Of a stretch of DNA of 64,000 nucleotides, positions 1 through 12,297 are shown one piece after another (position 1 is the stretch's first letter; the number at the start of each line of letters is the position of its first letter). Below the pieces are notes generated by a model that was not told the origin of the DNA, did not search any database, and worked only from the letters and a program-made list of their open reading frames with translations. The stretch is from Octopus vulgaris (taxonomy: Eukaryota), in assembly GCA_951406725.2 (NCBI GenBank), contig OX597814.1, positions 7,750,001 to 7,814,000 on the forward strand, in the 5' to 3' direction. The position numbers and the translations under genes were made by a program.

Positions 1-634
1 CAAGAGGAGTCTTTAGTGTTGTTGAGGACATGACAACCTCTCTAGTGCTCGTGCCATGACAGAGAAAAACTCACCAATACAGAGAGTAAAACACAGAAAT
101 ATGTTTTAATATAGTCTTATTTATCAGTCATATAACTGTTGTTAGGCCATGAGGCTTTTTTCCTTCTATCTCTTATTATAAAAGGCAGATTTTATCTGCC
201 TCCCTTTGTAACTTATAGAAATTTACAATATAGGATTTCTTCAATTACAATTTACCTAGCATTTTTAAGAGTAGAATGCATCGGGTCATGCCAGGTCCAG
301 TTTTTAAAATTTAAACTCCAATTAAGCAAAATTTACATAAAACTCACATTCTGGTGTGTATGTCAAATGCTTTTCTTAGTCTGGTTTACAGCACACGCAA
401 ACGCACACACACAGTGGGCAACGAATAAAGTGAAACTAGATGTAATATTTGTTTCTGTCTATCACGCTGATAGATACATGAGTAAAATGTATGGGAAGCT
501 AACAGATAAGGGTGAGTGAAAATGTTCTTGGAAGAGAGTAAATAGCCAGAGAGAGTGATTTGAGGAAGACTTTACATTAAATAACCGTAGTGGCTTGTGT
601 TAGTAATAAAGTAAACATACACTCATACATACAT

Positions 635-665
<31 letters not shown>

Positions 666-883
666 TACACACACACACATACATACATACACACACACAT
701 ACATACACACATACATACATACATACATACATATACATACATACATACACACACACACACATACACACACACACAGTATTGAAGCTTGAGAACAATCAAA
801 TACATTTGCAACACATCTGTTGAAAATATTATTGTTCACACACATACATATACATATATACATACAGACAGACAGACAGATAG

Positions 884-914
<31 letters not shown>

Positions 915-1068
915 ATCCAGCATGGCCACAACCTCAAGGCTGAAACATATAAAAGAATAACAGAATATAAATGTGTGCATGTGTGTGAGAGAGAGAGTGT
1001 GTGTGTATATGTATGCATGTATGTATGTATGTATATATAATAATGCGGTTTTTTTCAACAGCTTGAAC

Positions 1069-1630
1069 TAAAAGTCAGAGGGGAATGGGATAAACTACTT
1101 ATATTAACTTGCTATAAAAGCATGTAGTAATTTTATCTTGTCCTTATTCATAGTGCAAGTTTTGAAGAGTGCATTTCGATTTTAACAGCTATTTTTTTCA
1201 AAGCTATGTTGGAAGTAACAAAGGAGCATATTTGGCATATTTTGCTTTATGAGTTCAATAAAGACAACAACGCAATGGAAAGTACAAGAAATATTAATGC
1301 AGTATATGGGGATTGGACAATAAGCGTAAGGCAGTGTCAATGGTGGTTCCAGAAATTCCGAGCCATAAACTACAGCCTAGAAGACGAGCCTCATCCTGAA
1401 AGATCTGTAGAACTCGACAAGGACATCCTGAAAACCCTGGTGGAACAAAATCTCATCGTAACTGTTGAGGAACTAGCAGAGAAGCTTGGATTTGGTCATT
1501 CAACCATTCATTGAGACCTGTGTGCTATCGGAAAAGTCAGCAAATTGGGTCAATGGGTTCCTCACGAACTTTCCGAGTCTAATTGCATGCAGAGAGTGAA
1601 TGTATGCTTTTCTTTGCTGTCACATCTCAC
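1069..1630 (+). mobile_element. Mariner transposon 5' fragment (HTH region, premature stop)
   Basis: ORF 1206-1514 reads HILLYEFNK...SVRQCQWWFQKFR...SLEDEPHPER, and the mariner WVPHEL motif follows after the stop. Confidence 0.85.
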
Positions 1631-1649
1631 CACTACTGCGCTATGTATA

Positions 1650-2285
1650 TCTATATATATAAAACTGTAGTTGTGTGAGTGTCTGTCCCCTTCGATTTAG
1701 ATTCCTAACTACTCCCACATTTTGCGGTGCAGTTTAACCAAATTCGGGTAGCTTATAGTCGTGATTCATATCGAGCCCGTCTGAGTATTAGCGTGCGTCT
1801 ACGATGAGTCTACAATTTTAAAAATAATTTAACATCATTTTTTATTCCATTTTAATGCATAATTTTTCGTGTGTCGATGGTGGCGGAGTTGGCGTCCACG
1901 CTCACACCTGCACCTGTGGGGAAGGGAGTGTAAGGAAATCAACGTCGTAATGCGTTGTCAAGGAGACCAGCGTTCTTTTAGAACAACGACTTCATGGCTT
2001 GAAGACACCAAAACAGAAATGGCTAAGAAAGCGTCTACATGAGTCTACGATTTAAAAAAAAATTTACCATGGTTTTTTTTCCATTTTAATGCATTTTTTC
2101 GCTATTATATAAGGGAAGTAACTCTCTAAAAATGTCTACGATGAGTCAACGATTTAAAAAAAATTTACCATCATATTTTTTCCATTTTTAATGCATTTTT
2201 TGCTATTTTTTGGCTATAACTCTCTAAAAATGCTTATATAGTTATTTCCCTTACAAACCCAAGCAACGCCGGGCGATACTGCTAG
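1650..2285 (+). mobile_element. Non-autonomous Helitron
   Basis: 5' TC(TATATATATAAAA), 3' GC-rich hairpin (cccaagcaacgccggg) then CTAG, inserted between A and T. Contains internal repeats (gagtctacgatttaaaaa). Confidence 0.8.
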
Positions 2286-2463
2286 TTTATATATAAAAGT
2301 GTCATGTTCATCGATATCTTCTGCTTCCTTCCAATGATAACTTGGAAGAACAAATATTAAACAGGATGCAGACATTTGCTTTATGATTCTCACACAACAT
2401 GCATAAGGTTCTCTTCAAACATTAACTGTTTCAATAAATCAATATCATATGATTGATACTTAC

Positions 2464-2691
2464 TGAATCAGGGGAATTTACATCCCAGGGAGGTAATACC
2501 AGATGAAATACATTCTTACAGTTGAGGTTATATCCTTTAGTGACGGCTATTTCAGATGTAGAAATACCTCGAGGATATTTCTGGTTACATTCGTTTTGTA
2601 TCTCAGGACCAGCAGCATTGAGAATAAGTTTGGAGATAGAACCATTATTAAGCTGGAGGTTTTTACTGGTGCTGTTAACGATGACATCAAC
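2464..2691 (-). CDS. Coding exon of a macro-domain PARP-like gene (PARP9/14/15 type): VDVIVNSTSKNLQLNNGSISKLILNAAGPEIQNECNQKYPRGISTSEIAVTKGYNLNCKNVFHLVLPPWDVNSPDS
   Basis: Manual translation gives 228 nt with no stops, flanked by a cttttctAG acceptor and GTAAGT donor, phase 0/0. Motifs DVIVN, G-x-I-S-x-x-I-x-x-AAG, and T-x-G-Y-N-L-x-C-K-x-V-F-H are typical of macro domains. Confidence 0.9.
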
Positions 2692-2972
2692 CTAGAAAAG
2701 TAATTAATGGTAAACAACTAAGGAACATTCCATAGAGAGAAGAGAGATACATTGTTGCAGTTTATATTGTTGTTAAGAAAGGCTCTACAGAATGGCTGTA
2801 GTAAGTTTGAGGTTGTTAAAGTTAGCAAAAGATATACTCAAGATATCAGATGTGAAGGAAATAGAATGTTTGAGTTTGATTGAGAAAATGTTTTAATTAA
2901 CTTTAATGATTCCTCATTTGGAAATGAAATATCAATTAAATATAAATAAGTTACATGAATCTATTTACTCAC

Positions 2973-3103
2973 AGATACATTAGAAATGGAACCGATCTTT
3001 AGGTTTATTTCAATGCCAGCATTTTCTCTGGATGTCACATTAGTTTTGGGTGTCATGGAGGATGATTCCTGCTGTGGATCATAAAAGTCTAGTGACTCGG
3101 TTC
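2973..3103 (-). CDS. Coding exon of the same gene: (G)TESLDFYDPQQESSSMTPKTNVTSRENAGIEINLKIGSISNVS
   Basis: ttattttcAG acceptor and GTGAGT donor, 131 nt, phase 1/0. Splices in frame to 2691 and completes the macro-domain start (INLKIGSISNVS-VDVIVN). Confidence 0.88.
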
Positions 3104-3216
3104 CTGAAAATAAACAAATATCAACATACATACATACACAGATATAGATTTTAAATCATAAAGTCTGCTCTATTCTTTAGGGTGTGCTTCTCATTCTGTT
3201 ATATGTTATATTAACG

Positions 3217-3249
<33 letters not shown>

Positions 3250-3251
<2 letters not shown>

Positions 3252-3790
3252 CTGGGCATATTAAGCATCAGATGTGGTGTACAAGAGAGACAACTGTACA
3301 CCACATCTGAAGAAGTTCCAATGTCTACCAGTGGGAGGAAGCTGTAGAAGAGGGAGGCCCAGGAAGACATGGAATGAGGTGGTTAAGCATAATCTTCAAA
3401 TGATGGGCCACATGGAAGCAATGACTAGTGACCGAGACCTTTGGCGATATGCCAAAATTGAGAAGATATGTCAAGGCAAGTGAAATCATAGCTGTGGTCT
3501 TTGTCGGTGTCACCTAACTGCCAGCCATGCCAGTGGCACGTAAACAGTACCATTTGGGTGTTGTGCCTCATAGAGGCCATGTGGTTGATTCAGGTGTCAT
3601 GTAACTAGCACCCATGCTGGTGGTATATAAAAGCACCCATTACATTATTGTTGGGAAAGTTATCCAGCTGTAGGAACCATGCCAAATCAGACTGGAGTCT
3701 GGTGCAGCCCCTCAGCTTGCCAGCCCTGGTCGAACCGTCCAACCCATGCCAGCATGGACAATGGATGCTAAATGATGATGGTGATGATAC
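3250..3790 (+). mobile_element. RTE-clade LINE 3' fragment with 3'UTR and (GAT)n tail
   Basis: Translation RRGRPRKTWNEVVK...DRDLWR, conserved 3'UTR motif, gatgat tail. Confidence 0.8.
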
Positions 3791-5159
3791 ACATACGTAT
3801 ATGCATGCCATCATCAGCATTATCCCCCATCTACATTTGATGCCAATGCTGGCCCAAGTGGAACAAAATGATATATAAAGACACATCCATCATAGCAAAA
3901 GTCATGCCCCAAAACTGTTATATATATTCCTGTCCATGCTGGGCCCTACACCCACATCTGTCCCCGTGAAGCATCCCCTTCACCACATCTCATCTTCCTA
4001 ACACCCATCCCTCCATTACTCTTCTAACTACGGTCCTACTTTGCTGCTGTAACCATTTGACAGCAGAATCTTCACATATTCATCACCACCACCACCAACA
4101 CCCTTTCGCTAATACCAGTCGCCTCACTTGCATCATCATCTCTGTCCATACACCCTTCCATCGATCATCCCTTTCTGTCCCTTCCCTAATCTTTCCCACC
4201 CACCCCTCTTAGCTACACCTTACTCTGCCAGGTTTCCTGTTGAACACTTCTCCTATCTGCAATCATTCTCAACACCCTCTCACAGCCATTGCTAAAACTC
4301 CCTTACCAATTTTCTGGCCCCACTCACTACAGCCACCCCCATGTATCTCTGACTCCCATCTCTTTCACAGTTCATCATCTTTGCTTTCCCTCTGCTGTCA
4401 GATCCTGGTCATCATCTCCCTTCCTCCTCATCTATCAACAGATTGATGGTTCTGCTGCTCTCCACCCTTCCTATGCTGCTTCTTGTCACCTCCTCCTTAC
4501 CGAGCCCCGTCAGTCTATCAACTCCACCTCAAACCATTGTTCCTCACTCCCTACATCCACCTCTAGCCCCATCTCTAACCTCTGCCCTTCTCATCTCACA
4601 CTCTGATGCCATTACCCTCCCATTCCTTCTTTCCTCATCCACAGTCTCCCTTATACTCCCCTTCTTGTAACTTGGGACTATGCTCTGGCACCCAATTACC
4701 ACCATCTTTCTCCCTTCCAGATACTGTCATGCACCCTTGCATAAATATAAGGACGCCATGAGCCTCGTCTATATCCAGACAACTGTGCTTCGCCCTCTGT
4801 CAAACTTTAGGCTTTCTACCCCAGGCATCAAGCCAACTCCCCCCCCCCCAGTTCCATCGGGGGGGGGGGGGGTTATCCTTTTCGATTCTTTGCTTTGTCT
4901 TGCAAGTTAGTTGGTGACCTCACCAGTGCTGGTGCCATGAGAAAAGCAGCTTCCAGTCCTCACTGTAAAATGGTTGGCATTATGAAGGGCAGCCAACCAT
5001 CCACACTCAGCCAGCCAGCCACACTCAGCTAGCCAGCTGCACTCAGCCAGCCAGCTGAGTGTGGAACCTAACACAGATCTAGAGATCACCAGATCTTGTC
5101 AAATTGTGTAACCCATGCCAGATCAAAGACGGACATTAAATAATGATGATGATGCTATA

Positions 5160-5900
5160 GAAAACAGGCATTCGTACATTTGTTTATAGAGTAGGTAATT
5201 TACCATCAAAACTGTACAGTTTTATAAATCCATTTCAGCCATTCTTACAAATCAGGTTTGCACAGGATAACATCTAACACTGTGCTCATCAGAGTGGCCA
5301 GTATGGAAGTAGGGCAATGGGTTTCTGACAGCAAGTGCCACATCTCTAATTGCAAAAGACAATTAGAGAGGAGGATTCCATCATTGGTCATGCCACTTGT
5401 CCAAAATCTCTGAGTGAGGAGTAACTGCCAGCAAAGTGGAATTTGGGTTTAATTAAGCATCTGGGTGGTGAGAGTTCTTAAATATAAGTTCTCTTTTTGG
5501 CAAGGCACAGACTTCACCTTCTGCTACCATTGAAGTAAAGATTACTTTCCTTCGGCAATCATAACATGCGTAGCCATGTATGTGGCATTTTTCTCTCATA
5601 GACCTTAAAGGAGGTCTTGGGATTGTTATATATGGTTCTGAGTGGACCTTTTAGTCACGCCCACATATTTCCACATGTTCTTCTATTTGCTGAAGTAACA
5701 TTCAAATGATACTGAACGGAAACAAATACAAGTTTTCACTGTATAATCTGCTCAATATTAATACAAAGACAGTTCATAATTACTGGGAAAATATTTAAAC
5801 AGAAAAAAAAATGAAAATGTTTTCTCACAAAACTGACTGACACAGCTTTGAGAAGCACTTTAGGTTGTTCTAAGCAGAAAAAGAAAAGTGAGAACATCTG
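5160..5900 (-). mobile_element. Decayed DNA-transposon (probably hAT) C-terminal remnant
   Basis: Degenerate minus-strand coding-like text with weak resemblance to an hAT dimerisation region; many stops. Confidence 0.3.
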
Positions 5901-6699
5901 TCATGGAACTTAGTGACAGAGTTCTAAGAAAGTCACAAAAGACTACAGTAATGAGTTAACTCCCCTTTCATAAGACATTGTTTAGGTTTATTGTAAGATG
6001 GAATTTTGGAATAGTTAGTTCATCACTAAACCAACTCCAAAGCTCATCTCTTCAATTAGAAAATATAACATTTAACATAGTCTTGTAATAAGAATTACAA
6101 CCTATTAGAATTAATATTAAGTTTATATTTTTTGGTTAGATTTTACAAGGCTTGGTTCAATTCTCAATCTAATATTTTATTCAATTTACATACTTTAATC
6201 CTTTTACGAAAGGTCTCCAGCTTTTATTAATGAATCGTCTGTCTTATTGTACAATGTTATGTTACATGTTCATTGTGTGTAAATGAATAACAGTGGTGAA
6301 CTTCGAAATAAACTCTGACTCTTTGTTCCTTCATAAAGTTTGCACAGTAGTTCAGACACAATGAAATATTAATAAATTCTGTCAGGTTGTTGTTTCTCCA
6401 TCATCCTGTTATCAAGCTTAGGCTATCATTGGTAATAGGATTCTGTTGTATGTCGATTTTTCTCTGGAAAAGCTGGATCCTACAATTCACTTTCGTGACA
6501 GTTCTCACTCTAACTCAAAAAATAATTGTCAAACTAATTTATGGAGAGAAAAGAGGCTTCAGAACACATACAGAATTTGGCACTTAAAATATGTTACATG
6601 GAAGGTGATTGGACTTTCAATCCAATTCCCACACAACACTAAACTAGTCATGATACAGGGCTCAATAACTGGCCCCAAACTCATGTGATAGATATTTTA

Positions 6700-8828
6700 G
6701 CCAATCACAACCAATTTAGCAGTGGAGGTGTTCTGAAAGCATAGCCATAAGAATAAGAGAAGTATGGGCAAAGTTGAAAGAGTGTGTACTTCTGTTGGTA
6801 ATAAAGGTCTTCTCCCTCAGAGTGAAAGGCAGACTGTATGATGCCTGTGTCTGAACAGCCATGGTACATGGCAGTGAGATATAGGCTGTGACAGCCAAGG
6901 ACATGTGTAGGCCTGAAAGAAATGAAGCTAGGATGCTTTGCTGGATGTGCAATGTCAGTGTGAATGTACCACAGAGTGTAAATGTCTTGAGAGAACAATT
7001 GGGCATAAGAGGCATCAGATGTGGTGTTCAAGGGAGACAACTGCACTAGTATGGCCATGTGATGTGTATGGATAAGAATAGTTGTGCAAAGAAGTGTTGA
7101 TTTCTATGGAGGGATCCTGTAGAAGAGGTAGAGTCTCACAGAAGTGATAACAAGTGACCAAGCACTCAGGTGATATGCTGTGTGGGAGAAGACATGTCAG
7201 GCCAAGTGAAATCATAGTTGTGGCCACGCCAGTGTCGTATAAAGGGCACCTGTGCATTGCTGGTGCCATGTAAATGGCACCCATGAAGTGTAGTCATGGC
7301 CATCATAGGTGATGCCAGTACCATGTAAGTGACACCTGGGCTGGAGTGGTTGGCATTAGGAAGGGCATCCAGATGTAGAAACCATGCCAAAACAGACAAT
7401 TGGAACCTGGTGTAGCTCTCTGGCTTGCCAGCTCCTGTCAAATGATCCAACCCATGCTAGTGTGGAAAGCAGATGCAAAATGATGATGATGATACATGCA
7501 CATAAAATAGATGGCAAAAGGGTCATTTGCAAGATGAAAAAAATGATTCTTAATCGTCCTGATGGACAAGGTAAGGCAGTAAACACAGCCAAAAATTCCA
7601 CCTGAGAAAAACAAAACAGGACTTCCATCTTAGACCATAGTGGAAACAATAAATGTGGCTACATCAAGGACCATTATGCAAAGAAAATTAATACTGGATA
7701 TTGGCAGAAAATAATGCAAGATATTCCAAATCCATGTTAGAGGATTTCTTTTTCTTCTCTCTCCCCTTCTTTTCTATCTCTGGGGTTGGTTGCTCTGAGA
7801 GTATAGTGGCTAGAATAAGAATAGCCTGGGCAAAGTTCAGGGAGTTCCTACCTCTGCTGGCAACTAAGGGCCTCTCAATCAGGATGAAAGGTAGACTGTA
7901 TTATGCATGTGTGCGAACCGCCATGCTATACGGCAGTGAAACATGGGCCATGACTGCTGAGGACATACGTAGGCTTGAAAGAAAGGAAGCTAGTATCATC
8001 CAATGGATGTGTAATGTCAGTGTGCATACACGACAGAGTGTAAGCGCCCTGAGAGAAAAGTTGTGCAGAAGAAGCATCAAATGTGGTGTGCAGGAGAAAC
8101 GACTGCACTGGTATGGTCATGGGTTACGTATGGATGAAGAGATCTGTGTGAAGATGTAGCACTCCCTAACTGTGAAAGGACCCTGTGGAAGAGGGAGAGC
8201 CAAGTGGACATGCGATGAGGTGGTGAAGCATGACCTTCAAACATTGGGCCTCACAGAGGCAATGACAAGAGACCAAGACCTTTGGAGATATGCTGTGATT
8301 GAGAAGACCCAGCAACTAAAGTGAGATTGCAACCATGGCCAATGCCAGTGTTGCATGCTCAGCCCATTTAAGAGAATCCCTGATGTATTGGCTGATATGA
8401 TATGCATAAGAAGACCTGCTGAGTCAAGTAAAACCAAAATCATAGTGGTGGCCAGTGCCCCTTGACTGACTCTTGTTTCAGTGTCCCCTGATTACGTCCC
8501 TTGCTGGTGGCATGAAAAAATCACCATCCAAATGTGGTCGATGCCAGTACCCCTTGATTGGCCCCCGTACTGGTTGTACATATAAAGCACTATCAGAAAT
8601 GATTGATGCGAGGCCCACCTAACTGGCTCCTGTGCCGGTGGCACATAAAAAGCACCTACTTCACTCTCAGAAAGGTTTGTGATTGGAATGGCATTCAGCT
8701 GTAGAAACATTGCCAAATTAGATTGAAGCCTGGTGCAGCCACTGTCTCTCCAGACCCCAGTCAAACCATCCAACCTATGCCAGAATGGAAAACGAATGTT
8801 AAATGATGATGATGATGATGATGATGAT
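6700..8828 (+). mobile_element. Two consecutive decayed RTE LINE 3' fragments (about 6700-7495 and 7780-8828)
   Basis: [16 protein letters not shown]...AMLYGSETW...RLHWYGH motifs, 3'UTR and (GAT)n tails. Confidence 0.85.
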
Positions 8829-8841
8829 ATATATATATACA

Positions 8842-9005
8842 GGTACAGCAGTGGTTGTGTGGTAAGTAGCTTGCTTGCCAACCACATGGTTCCAGGTTCA
8901 GTCCCACAGTGCAGCACCTTGGGCAAGTATTTTCTACTGTAGCCTCGGGCCAACCAGAGCTTTGTGAGTGGATTTGGTAGACAGAAGCTGAAAGAAGACC
9001 ATCAT

Positions 9006-9037
<32 letters not shown>

Positions 9038-9358
9038 TTAACGCTCACTTTTCATGTTAGCATGGGTTGGACGATTTGACTGAGGTCTGGCGGACCAGAC
9101 TCCAATCTGATCTGGCAGAGTTTCTACAGCTCTCTCTCTCTATATATATATATATATATGTATATGTTTGTTCCCCGCAACATCGCTTGACAACCAATGC
9201 TGTTGTGTTTATGTCCCATCACTTAGCAGTTCAGCAAGATAGGCTAATAGAATAAGTACTAGGCTTACAAAGAATAAGTCCTGGGGTCGATTTGCTCGAG
9301 GAATAGCAGTGCTCCAGCATGGCCTCAGTCAAATGACTAAAACAAATAAAAGAATAAA
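8842..9358 (+). mobile_element. tRNA-derived SINE interrupted by an RTE-3'UTR fragment and microsatellite
   Basis: A-box/B-box-like head (tggttgtgtggt ... ggttcagtcc) and 3' tail gtgctccagcatggcctcagtcaaatgactaaaac. Confidence 0.7.
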
Positions 9359-9721
9359 TATATATATGTATATATATATATATCCAGCCTCGTCTGGCAC
9401 CTGTGTCGGTGGCACATAAAAACACCATCCGAGCGTGGCCGTCTGCCAGCCTCGTATGGCACCTGTGTCGGTGGCACATAAAAACACCATCCGAGCGTGG
9501 CCATTCGCCAGCCTCGTCTGGCACCTGTGTCGGTGGCACATAAAATCACCCACTACACTCTCGGAGTGGTTGGCGTTAGGAAGGGCATCCAGCTGTAGAA
9601 ACACTGCCAGATCTGACTGGCCTGGTGCAGCCTTCGGGCTCCCCAGACCCCAGTTGAACCGTCCAACCCATGCTAGCATGGAAAGCGGACGTTAAACGAT
9701 GATGATGATAATGATGATATA

Positions 9722-10150
9722 TTATATAATTAGGGCTCAGTAAAATAACTTACTTTGCCACGTACTGAAATTTTTAGAATTTCAGTATGTGACAAAGTAA
9801 ATTATTTTACTGAGCCCTAATTATATAACGTAATATTTTGAATACGCCTTGAATGGTCCTTTTACATACTGAACACTACTTGGTGAAATTAATTAATAAT
9901 TGATTGATCTTACCCTTAATTATTGATATATATATATATTCAATATGTGATCGCGTGTGTATCGTTGGTGATTTTCTTTCTCCATCTTCCCTTCCTTGGA
10001 CCTTTCGTTTTTTTATGTTTCTGATGAAGAGCTCTGCTCGAAACGTTAAATCCTCCTTCTTTCCTTCCTTTCCTGTGTGACCAATAACATTATACTTGTT
10101 CCACGTCCTTGTGCTGTTGTGTTTTCTCTTTGTTCCTGTTTAGTGTAACT
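9722..10150 (+). mobile_element. Penelope-like pseudo-LTR relic with 5' hairpin (9722-9828) and minimal hammerhead motif (10017-10051)
   Basis: Near-perfect palindrome followed by CTGATGA-a-GAGC-tct-GCTC-GAAA-CG-TT with a gttt/aaat stem I. Confidence 0.55.
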
Positions 10151-12025
10151 ATATATCACACACACACCATCGTTTAACGTCTGTTTTCCATGCTTGCATG
10201 AGTCGGACGGTTTGACTGGGGTCTGGGAGGCCAGGAGGCTGCACCAGGCTCCAGTCTGATCTGGCAGTGTTTCTACAGGTGGATGCCCTTCCTAACGCCA
10301 ACCACTCCGTGAGTGTAGCAGGTGCTTTTTACGTGCCACCAGCACAGGTGCCAGGGGAGGCTGGCAACGGCCATGATCAGTTGGTGCTTTTTACATGCCA
10401 CCGTCATGGAGGTCAGCCAAGGCGGCGCTGGCAACAGCCACGTTCGGATGGTTCTTTTTATGTGCCACTGGCACAGGGATCACAGCTACAATTTCCATTG
10501 ATTTTTGATGTTGATGTACTTGACTCAATAGGTCTCCTCAAGTTCACAGTTGAAACGGTGTTTCTTTACTTGCCACCTGCACAGGAGTCAGTCCAGCGAC
10601 ACTGGCAATGACCAGGTGCCAGTCATAGGATTGGTTCAATTTCGATTTCACTTGCCCCAACAGGTCTTCGCAAGCAGAGTTTAGTGTCCAGTGAAGGGAA
10701 GTTGGCATGGGTGCCAGTCGTCAGATGTGGTTCGATTTCAAATTCAATTTCGATTTCACTTGCCTCAACAGGTCTTTGCAAGCAGAGATCTGTGTCCAAA
10801 GAAGGAAAGGTATGCATAAGTGGGCTAGCTACATCCTTGGAAAAGGCAACGGGTTATGGACTCACTTGTCCTGCTGGGTCTTCTCACGTACAGCATATTC
10901 ATATATATACCAAGTCAGTAGTGGGGGTGGGTGTGCTGAAAGTGTAACTGCTAGAATAAGAATAGCCTGGGCAAAGTTTAGGGAGCTCTTACCTCTGCTG
11001 GTGACTAAAGGCCTCTCGCTCAGAGTAAAAGGCAGACTGTATGATGCATGTGTATGAACAGCCATGCTACATGGCAGTGAAACATGGGCCGTGACTGCTG
11101 AGGACATGCGTAAGCTCGTGAGGAATGAAGCCAGTATGCTCCGATGGATGTGTAATGTCAGTGTACTTACTCGACAGAGCGTTAGTACCTTGAGAGAAAT
11201 GTTGTACCTAAGAAGCATCAGTTGTGGTGTGCAAGAGAGACGATTGCGCTGGTATGGTCATGTGGCGAGAATGGATGAAGATAGGGGTGTGAGAAAGTGC
11301 CAATCCCTAGCAGTTGAGGGAACCCGTGGAAGAGGTAGACCCAGGAAAACCTGGGACGAGGTGGTGAAGCACGACCTTCGAACGTTAGGTCTCACCATGG
11401 AAATGACTAGAGACCGAGACCTATGGAAGTATGCTGTGCGTGAGAAGACCCGGCAAGACTAGTGAAGCCATAACCCGTGGACCCTACCTGGGACGTAGTC
11501 AGTCCACCTGTGCATACCTTCCTTCTTGTGACACTTGTGAAGACCTGTTGAGGCAAGTGAAAATCAAATCAAATCAAATCAAATCAAACCAAATCAAAAT
11601 AGATGAACATCAATGGAATTTGTATCCTTGTGGTACCAGTGCCGGTGGCACATGAGAAAACCATCCGAACGTGACCGTAGCCAGTACCGCATTGACTGGC
11701 CTCCGTGCTGAGGGCACGTAACAAACACCATCCGAGCGTGGCCGTTCGCCAGCCTCGTCTGGCACCTGTGTCGATGGCACATAAAAAAACACCATCCGAG
11801 CGTGGCTGTCTGCCAGCCTCGTCTGGCACCTGTGTCGGTGGCACATAAAATCACCCACTACACTCTCGGAGTGGTTGGCGTTAGGAAGGGCATCCAGCTG
11901 TAGAAACACTACCAGATCTGACTGGCCTGGTGCAGCCTTCGAGCTTGCCAGACCCCAGTTGAACCATCCAACCCATGCTAGCATGGAAAGCAGACGTTAA
12001 ACAATGATGATGATGATGATGATGA

Positions 12026-12071
<46 letters not shown>

Positions 12072-12075
<4 letters not shown>

Positions 12076-12259
12076 CACCATGATAGACCATTAGCCACTA
12101 CACACATTTTTTCTCTCCTTGTTTTTTCTGTGTCCCTTTCTGTAGAAGAGTGTACGCTCAAAACGTAAAAGACTTTTTCTATTTCTGAGCGTTATACTAA
12201 TACATCTGTTTGTTTTGTACACCACCTGTCTTTGTCTTTTGTTTTTTTCGTAAACATTC

Positions 12260-12263
<4 letters not shown>
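12072..12263 (+). repeat. Penelope-like pseudo-LTR fragment with decayed hammerhead core; second copy at ~62752-62929
   Basis: ctgtagaagagtgtacgctcaaaacgt resembles the 10021 motif. The flanks are near-identical to 62770-62925 and both copies sit between (TA)n tracts. Confidence 0.5.

Positions 12264-12297
<34 letters not shown>

Noticed and set aside
577-1058. Many ORFs rich in CV/YI/HT dipeptides here and at 32, 36, 40, 44-46, 49, 51-52, 58 and 60-61 kb
   Set aside because: They are stop-free translations of (CA)n, (TA)n and (CATA)n microsatellites.
2290-2426. Next PARP exon directly after 2464
   Set aside because: It would need a ~37-nt intron and the translation does not continue a macro domain.
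7500-7610. Additional host exon at a ttttctcAG acceptor-like site (-)
   Set aside because: No convincing donor or recognisable translation, and it lies between RTE fragments.
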